Origin: Octopus sinensis
Lineage: Eukaryota
DNA: 64,000 bases
Assembly (NCBI RefSeq): GCF_006345805.1
Contig: NC_043025.1
Coordinates: 13,206,001 to 13,270,000 of the forward strand
Direction of reading: 5' to 3'
Shown here: positions 52,697 to 62,200 of the stretch, one piece after another
How positions within the stretch are numbered: the stretch's first letter is position 1
How the letters are laid out: each line of letters opens with the position of its first letter
Program-made: the position numbers and the translations under genes
Notes under the pieces: model-generated
The model's database searches: none
What the model was told of the DNA's origin: nothing
What the model saw: only the letters and a program-made list of their open reading frames with translations

Positions 52697-54045
52697 AATA
52701 ATAATGATAATAATAATAATGATAATAATAATAATAATAATAATGATAATAATAATGTTATTGTATGCAGAGCTCAGGTACATTGTAACTTTTTGGGAAA
52801 GAATTTAAAAGAGAGACAGAAAGCAACAATCAGTCGAATAAAGAAAAACAGGAATGGTAGCTGGAAGTAAGTGTGGAGTTTTAAAAACAAGGAGGGGGGT
52901 GTAGGGAACAAATATAAGAGCCAATAAAAAGGAAAAGGTGTGTAAAGGGACAAGTGAGGATTAGCGTTGGTGAGGGGGCAACAAGGGAGTTTTGAAGGAT
53001 AGAGTGTCCTGACGTTTTAGCACTTGACGTCGGTGGTTTTATTCCATGCTTCAGTAATTCTAAGTAACGAAAAGTATTTGAACAGCTAATTATTATTCTG
53101 TAATCATTTCAGCTGTTTATAGACCCAGTAGTTTTTAAGTTTTAAATGTTTAAATGAGAGGCGCCGAGCCCCTCCGAATGTCAGCTGGGGCCAATAATAA
53201 GTCATTAGTTCTTTCCCTTCTGGGAATCCGTTTACAAAAAAGAAAATCACTAGCGGTGCAAGGGAAGTAACTCGCTTTATTTCTCTGACTTTTCCGAGAT
53301 AGAAAACCTTTTTTTACTCTTTTACTTGTTTCAGTCATTTTGACTGTGGCCATGCTGGAGCACCGCCTTTTTTTAGTCGAGCAAATCGACCCCCAGGACT
53401 TATTCTTTGTAAGCCCAGTACTTATTCTATCGGTCTCTTTTTTGCCGAACCGCTAAGTTACGGGGGACGTAAACACACCAGCATCGGTTGTCAAGCGATG
53501 TTTGGGGGAACAAACACAGACACACAAACATACAAAATTTAGAGGAATGACCCCTAATAGTGGACACCCTGTATGCTAGAAATAGACGTCAAACTCGCCA
53601 TTTACCACGAAGAATGTGTTCTCAAAAAAAATTCAGCAAAAACCAAAGTTTAAAAATAAGACAAATGAAAATATACGACGACGGGCTTCTTTCAGTTTCC
53701 ATCTACCAAATCCACTCACAAGGCTTTGGTCGGCCCGAGGCTATAGTAGAAAACACTTGCCCAAGATGCCACGCAGTGGGACTGAACCCGGAACCATGTG
53801 GTTCGTAAGCAAGCTACTTACCACACAGCCACTCCTGAGCCTGTATATATATATATATATATATAATATATATATATATACGATGGGCTTCTTTCAGTTT
53901 CCATCTACAAAATCCACTCACAAGGCTTTGGTCGGCCCGAGGCTATAGCATAAGACACTTGCCCAAGATGCCACGCAGTGGGACTGAACCCGGAACCATG
54001 TGGTTCGTAAGCAAGCTACTTACCACACAGCCACTCCTGAGCCTG

Positions 54046-54077
<32 letters not shown>

Positions 54078-54243
54078 ATATACGATGGGCTTCTTTCAGT
54101 TTCCATCTACAAAATCCACTCACAAGGCTTTGGTCGGCCCGAGGCTATAGCAGAAGACACTTGCCCAAGATGCCACGCAGTGGGACTGAACCGGAACCAT
54201 GTGGTTCGTAAGCAAGCTACTTACCACACAGCCACTCCTGAGC

Positions 54244-54277
<34 letters not shown>

Positions 54278-54438
54278 GATGGGCTTCTTTCAGTTTCCAT
54301 CTACAAAATCCACTCACAAGGCTTTGGTCGGCCCGAGGCTATAGCAGAAGACACTTGCCCAAGATGCCACGCAGTGGGACTGAACCCGGAACCATGTGGT
54401 TCGTAAGCAAGCTACTTACCACACAGCCACTCCTGAGC

Positions 54439-54469
<31 letters not shown>

Positions 54470-57400
54470 CGATGGGCTTCTTTCAGTTTCCGTCTACCAA
54501 ATCCACTCACAAGGCTTTGCTCAGCCCGAGGCTATAGCAGAAGACACTTGCCCAAGATGCCACGCAGTGGGACTGAACCCGGAACCATGTGGTTCGTAAG
54601 CAAGCTACTTACCACACAACCACTCCTGCGACAAAGCTGGTGAGGTTTTCGTTTAAAATACATCACAGTGGTTCCCAACCTCTGCTCCGCGGACCCCTGG
54701 TGGTCTGCGAAGGTAGTACTGAGGGTCCATAAACTATATATATGTATAGTGGAATGCTTACATACATAAGAGAACAAGATGTACGTTACGCTGCAATAAT
54801 ATATGAATAAAAAATATATATAAAAATTAAAAAAAGGGGACAAGAAAGCATTGTCCTTGTTTCGTATACATTCGATCCTTTTTCCAAGAAATCTAATGCT
54901 GATAGCTTAGTTTTTTCCCTTGGGGCTGGCCAGATCGGAGCGATCTCAAGATTAATCAGCCGAAATTGCGAGGATTATCCGGTTCTTGACTGAAGATTAG
55001 ATGCTTCGAATGACCCGTCCGTTTTTTGTGTCGTCTCTCTGAGTGTTTTGCGTTCTTGTCCCATCTTGTATTTTTATATATGTTTTTTATACATATATAT
55101 ATTGTGGTTGGATCTGGCTGGATTTAGCATAAAACGTAGAATTTTGGGGCTGGATGTGGCTGGTTTAAATGCTAAAGGGAAAGTGACCCCATCTGATTTG
55201 CTGGAAATTTCTTTTAGGACTGTCAGGCTCCGTTTTGTGCACAGCTTTCCAAAATTGCTTTTTCCTTCTGAAGGTTTCGATTTTATTTTCTTGTTGCCTT
55301 CAATTTGGTTTCTTGTGTGTTATAATATTGTTATTTAGATTCAATTTGGTCCTGAGTTATGTTAACCCATCATCATCATCACTGTTCGACCGTGGTCAAG
55401 ACAATGGAATTTACCATGCTACGCCAGACTTCACGGTCCATCATGGCATTACGGAGGTCCTGTTGCTGGATGCTTGTATCCCTGGAGATTACATCAGGGT
55501 AGGAGAGTGTGCGCCCTCTGGTATCACGACCGTGGTTGAGACAATGGAATTTACCATGCTACGCCAGACTTCACGGTCCATCATGGCATTACGGAGGTCC
55601 TGTTGCTGGATGCCTGTATCCCTGGAGATTACATCAGGGTAGGAGAGTGTGCGCCCTCTGGTATCGCGAGTAGATGGCTTCCAGAGGAGAAGAGTAGAAA
55701 TTACCTCTTTTTCAGCTCTACAACAATGTCCAGCAAACTGGACTCTCCTACCTTTCACAAGAGATGACACAGGTGGTAGTTTCCCATATATTTGCATGTT
55801 AACCTATGATCAAAGGTATTCCAACCTTGCCCACCATGTTTGTTTTTTTATATATCATTCGTTATCGAATATGTCAAGGTGTGATTTGAGAGAAATTTAG
55901 CTACTATTTCCATCATCGAAGTTCTCTCATTAGTCTTGCGCACCCCCTCGTTAACTCATTTATTTCTCTTTTTGACAGGTCAGAGTACAAATACACAGGC
56001 AGAATCCACCGGAAAATATGTGAAACTCCTTGCTCAGCTTGGGGTCCAGTTGATTAATAACCCTAAAAGGAAACCTCAGGCACCTTCTTTGTCAGAATTT
56101 CCTGTTGGACGAAGGGCATTTTCAACCTCAGCATCTTCCGGTTACAGACAGACTCCTATCAGTCCCCAACAGCATCAACCAGGGGCCAACAGCCCAAATT
56201 TAGTGAAATGTAAGAAAATTTTTCTTTTGTTTGTTGAATTTTTTTCTGTTTTTTTTTTTCTTACTAGCAGTATAGCCCGGCGTTGCCTGGGTTTGTTTCG
56301 ACCCTTTAGAATTGGAAGTAAAAGTTTTGCATTATGTAGCTTGTTATTCTCTTTAAGTGAACATTTTTCTGGTTGAAATACACCGAAAATTGGCGACACA
56401 GCAGTCAAAAAATCGTAAAAAATAGGGATTTTCATAGAAAGAAAGCACCTTTTTGATGTAAATAATTTTTGGTGTTAACATGGTCTGATCTGAATTTTTT
56501 CTTCTATGGAATGAAGAGCAAGCCTTCTTCTATCATACTCTCAATTTTGGTCAACTTGCACCGCAGGGTCTCGGAGGAGATAGTGTTAGTTGAAGGCTAC
56601 CAACCCTTTAGGCTACCGACCCTTTAGAATTGGGATTTTTGAAAAGTAAAAATTTTGCATTATGTAGCTTGTTATTCTTTTTAAGTAAACATTTTTCTGG
56701 TTGAAATACACCAAAAAATGGTGATACAGCAGTGAAAAAATCGTAAAAAATAGGGATTTTCATAGGAAAAAAGCACCTTTTTGATGTAAATAATTTTTGG
56801 TGCTAACATGGTCTGATCTGAATTTTTTCTTCTATGGAATGAAGAGCAAGCCTTCTTCTATCATACTCTCAATTTTGGTCAACTTGCGCCGCAGGGTCTC
56901 GAAGGAGATAGTTTTAGTTGAAGGCTACCGACCCTTTAGAATTGGAATTTTTGAAAAGTAAAAATTTTGCATTATGTAGCTTGTTATTCTCTTTAAGTGA
57001 ACATTTTCCTGATTGAAATACACCAAGAAATGGCGACACAGCAGTCAAAAAATCCATCAAAAATAGGGATTTTCATAGAAAAAAAGCACCTTTTTGATGT
57101 AAATAATTTTTGGTGTTAACATGGTCTGATCTGAATTTTTTCTTCTATGGAATGAAGAGCAAGCCTTCTTCTATCATACTCTCAATTTTGGTCAAGTTGC
57201 GCTGCAGGGTCTCGGAGGAGATAGTGTTAGTTGAAGGCTACCAACCCTTTAGGCTACCGACCCTTTAGAATTGGGATTTTTGAAAAGTAAAAATTTTGCA
57301 TTATGTAGCTTGTTATTCTTTTTAAGTAAACATTTTTCTGGTTGAAATACACCAAAAAATGGTGATACAGCAGTGAAAAAATCGTAAAAAATAGGGATTT

Positions 57401-59178
57401 TCATAGGAAAAAAGCACCTTTTTGATGTAAATAATTTTTGGTGCTAACATGGTCTGATTTGAATTTTTTCTTCTACGGAATGAAGAGCAAGCTTTTTTCT
57501 ATCATACTCTCAATTTTGGTCAACTTGCGCCGCAGGGTCTCGGAGGAGATAGTTTTAGTTGAAGGCTACCAACCCTTTAGAATTGGAATTTTTGGAAAAG
57601 TAAAAATTTTGCATTCTGTAGCTTGTTATTCTCTTTAAGGGAACATTTTTCTGGTTGAAATACACCGAAAAAAGGCGACACAGCAGTCAAAAAATCCATC
57701 AAAAATAGGGATTTTCATAGAAAAAAAAGCACCTTTTTGATGTAAATAATTTTTGGTGTTAACATGGTCTGATCTGAATTTTTTCTTCTACGGAAGGAAG
57801 AGCAAGCTTTTTTCTATCATACTCTCAATTTTGGTCAACTTGTGCCGCATGGTCTTGGAGGAGATAGTTTTAGTTGAAGGCTACCAACCCTTTAGAATTG
57901 GAATTTTTGAAAAGGAAAAAGTTTGCATTCTGTAGCTTGTTATTCTCTTCAAGTGAACATTTTTCTGGTTGAAATACACCGAAAAATGGTGACACAGCAG
58001 TCAAAAAATCGGTAAAAAATCGAAAGGAGATCCAACTGTAGAATCCAACCGTTTCACTAAATTCCATTTGACTCCTGCAAAGAATGGAGAAGTGGGCATT
58101 AAAAAATGACGATGACGATGATGGTGGTGGTGGTGGTGGTGATGACGATGATGATGATGATGATGATTTCCATTTTTTCTGATACCGTTTCCTCCATCTC
58201 AGTATCTTGGAATTAGAATCAGTTCCTTTTGTTTCTTTCAGGAACTTTCTCAGAACCTTGACATGAGACAGAGTTCAACTCTAAGCAACAACCAAAGCCG
58301 AATATTGAGCCAACTCTTCTCTCTCAGTCTTTCTTTCTCTTTCTTTTCTCCCTCTCTCCCTTCATACTTTCCTTTCTCCCTCCCTACCTCTCTTTTTCCC
58401 TCCCTCTTCCTTCCTTTCTTTTCTTTCTTCCTCTCCCTTCCTTCAATTCCTCCCTCCCTCCCACCCCTTTCTGTCTGTCTTTCCTTCTTTCATCCTCCCC
58501 TCCTTCCCCTTCCTTCCTTCTTTCTTTCTTCCATCCCTCCTTCCTTTTTTTCCCTCCCTCTTCCTTCCTTTTCTTTTCTTTCTTCCTCTCCCTTCAATCC
58601 CTCCCCTTCTTTCTTCCTCTCCCTTTCTTTCTTCCATCCCTCTCCTTCCTTTTTTTCCCTCCCTCTTCCTTCCTTCTTTTCTTTCTTTCTTCCTCTCCCT
58701 TCAATCCCTCCCCTTCTTTCTTCCTCTCCCTTTCTTTCTTCCATCCCTCTCCTTCCTTTTTTTCCCTCCCTCTTCCTCCCTTTTCTTTTCTTTCTTCCTC
58801 TCCCTTCAATCCCTCCCTCCCCTTCCTTCTTTCTTTCTTTCTTCCTTCCATCTCTCCTTCTTTCCTCCCCCCCTCCCAGTCTTCCATCCTTAAATTCTTC
58901 TGCAAACTTGGCAATACCCACACCAATGCCTTCCGGAATATTCTGTTTTATGGCTCATTGGACTTTTAGCCTAGATTTCTCGAGTGACTTTCTAATGTGG
59001 GCCACATGTATCTGCCTATACCAGTGCTTTTCAAACTTTTTGCGGGAGCGGAACCCCTGTGCAATAATTACTGCCGATTTTAGCAGTTTTGTAACTTCTT
59101 ACGGAAGCCCTAGACTGTACTGGTGGAACCCTAAGGTTCCGTGGAACCCTGGTTGAAAACCACTGGTCTATAGAAACC

Positions 59179-59209
<31 letters not shown>

Positions 59210-62200
59210 TATATATATATATATCTAAGGCGCTGCCTTGTAAGACAGTCTCAGTTGAATAAATGGAAGTCTATATTACATGTTGCTGTTGTGTTCTTCT
59301 TTGCCTGGTGGTGGGCATGCATGGATTTAGGACCTGCAAACATTGATATTACGCCTGATGACCCCTAGGTGTGACAACACAAGAACTCTGGTGAAAACAG
59401 TGATAGTAAGAAATGGTGACTGACCCCATGAAGAAAGCAGGGTGCATAATGTGATGTGTAATAAGACAGATTTTGGGGGTCAGAGTGGAATCGGTCAGGC
59501 TGGGGTATGAAAGCCAGGCATTGTTGGTGCCAGGACCCGGGGTTGCTGAGATGAAGGCATCGAGTCTGCAATTATAACGATGTCAGTCACCTCTGCCAAT
59601 ATCATCATCATTGTGTTCATCAGTCGTCATAGCCATCATCATAATCAACATCATCATTGTCGTCATCGTCATCATCATCATCACCACCATCATCATTGTG
59701 TTCATCTGTCGTCATAGCCATCATCATCACCATCATCATCATAATCAACATCAATATTGTTTTTGTCGTCGTCATTGTCACCATCTCCATCCTTGTGATC
59801 ATTCATCATCATCATCATCATTGTGTCCATCAGTCATCATAATCATCACTCATCATCATCAATATCATCCATATCTTTATCATCATTGTCATCATCATCA
59901 TTTAACATCCACGTTCCAAATTGAAATGGATTGGATGGTTAGGGTTAGGGTTTGATGAGCCTTAGAGCTTTGTAAGGTCCCAGAGTTAACTTTGCTATGC
60001 TGCCTAAAGCAAGATGCCTTTCCAAATGCCAGCCACTCCACAGTCAACATCATCCTCATCATTTAACGTCTGTTTTCCATGCTGGTATGGTGGGGTCAAC
60101 AACATCAACAACAACGAAAAATACCTTCGGAATGAGAACCCAGGTTCGAAATTTCCCCAAAACACTTGAAGAAGGCTGGAGGGTATATCAGCCGAAACAT
60201 TGTGTTAACAACAAGCAAGATGAGGACAAATATCCATCGAATTTGAATAATGCAAATAATAATAATAATAATAATAATAAGATTGAAAAATACCTTAGGA
60301 ATGAGAACCCAGGTTCGAAATTTCCCCAAAACACTTGAAGAAGGCTGGAGGGTATATCGGCCGAAACGTTGTGTTAACAACAAACAAGATGAGGACAAAT
60401 ATCCGTCAAATGTAAATAATGTTTGCGAAGACCTGTTGAGGCAAGTGAAATCGAAATCAAATTCGATGACTGGCATCCGTGCTAGTGGAGCACTAAGAGC
60501 ACCATCTCAGCGTGATCGTTGCCAGAGTGACTAACTGGTGTTTTTGCCGGTGGCACGTAAAAAGTACCATTCGAGCGTGATCATTACCAGTGTCGCCTTA
60601 CTAGCACTTGTGCCAGTGTGCAGGTGGCACGTAAAAAAAAACATTTAGGCATGGCCGTTGCCAGTAATGCCTGACTGGCCCTCGTGCTGGTGGCACATAA
60701 AAGCACCCTCTACACTCTCGGAGTGGCTGGCGTTAGGAAGGGCATCCAGCTGTAGAAACTCTGCCAGATCAAGATTGGAGTCTGGTGCAGCCATCTGGTT
60801 CACCAGTCCTCAGTCATTCGTGTAACCCATGCCAGCATGGAAAGCAGGCATTAAACGATGATGATACTCTTTACTCTTTTACTTGTTTCAGTCATTTGAC
60901 TGCGGCCATGCTGGAGCACCGCCTTTAGTCGACCAAATCGACCCCAGGACTTATTCTTTGTAAGCATAGTACTTATTCTATCGGTCTCTTTTGCTGAACC
61001 GCTAAGTGACGGGGACGTAAACACACCACCATCGGTTGTCAAGCGATATTGGGGGGACAAACACAGACACATAAACAAACACACATACATATATGTAGAG
61101 TTTGTGTCTACCAAATCCACTCACAAGGCTTTGGTCAGCCCGGGACAATAGTAGAAGACACTTGCCCAAGGTACCATGCAGTGGGACTGAACCCAGAACC
61201 ATGTGGTTTGTAAGCAAGCTACTTACCACACAGCCACTCCTACACCTATATATACAACAGGCTTCTTTCAGTTTCCGTCTACCAAATCCACTCACAAGGC
61301 ATTGGTCGGCCCGAGGCTATAGTAGAAGACACTTGCCCAAGGTGCCACGCAATGGGACTGAACCCAGAACCATGTGGTTTGTAAGCAAGCTACTTACCAC
61401 ACAGCCACTCCTGCGCTAATGTATACATATATACGAAGGGCTTCTTTCAGTTTCCATCTACCAAATCCACTCACAAGGGATTGGTCGGCCTGGGGCTATA
61501 GCAGAAGACACTTGCCCAAGGTGCCACACAGTGGGACTGAACCCAGAACCATGTGGTTGGTAAGCAAGCTACATACCACACAGCCACTCCTACACCTATA
61601 TATATGACAGGCTTCTTTCAGTTTCTGTCTACCAAATCCACTCACAAAGCTTTGGTCGGCCGGGGCTATAGTAGAAGACACTTGCCAAGGTGCCACACAG
61701 TGGGACAACCCGGAACCATGTGGTTGGTAAGCAAGCTACTTACCACACAGCCACTCCTACACCTATATACGACAGGCTTCTTTCAGTTTCCGTCTACCAA
61801 ATCCACTCACAAAGCTTTGGTCGGCCCGGGGCTATAGCAGAAGACACTTGCCCAAGGTGCCACACAGTGGGACAACCCGGAACCATGTGGTTGGTAAGCA
61901 AGCTACTTACCACACAGCCACTCCTACACCTATATATACGACAGGCTTCTTTCAGTTTCCGTCTACCAATCCACTCACAAAGCTTTGGTCGGCCCGGGGC
62001 TATAGCAGAAGACACTTGCCCAAGGTGGCCACACAGTGGGACAACCCGGAACCATGTGGTTGGTAAGCAAGCTACTTACCACACAGCCACTCCTACACCT
62101 ATATATACGACAGGCTTCTTTCAGTTTCCGTCTACCAAATCCACTCACAAAGCTTTGGTCGGCCGGGGCTATAGCAGAAGACACTTGCCCAAGGTGCCAC

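Noticed and set aside
56203-56208. Alternative donor TTA|gtgaaa for exon 12
   Set aside because: Weaker than GTAAGA at 56210 and phase 0, which does not fit exon 13 without invoking an extra exon with a poor donor
59353-59400. CTGATGA motif (hammerhead core or C-box); also CTGAAGA at about 54990
   Set aside because: No stem II plus GAAA and no terminal stem or D box arrangement found
59935-59952. TTAGGG dimers (also about 50232)
   Set aside because: Only two units; not an interstitial telomeric array
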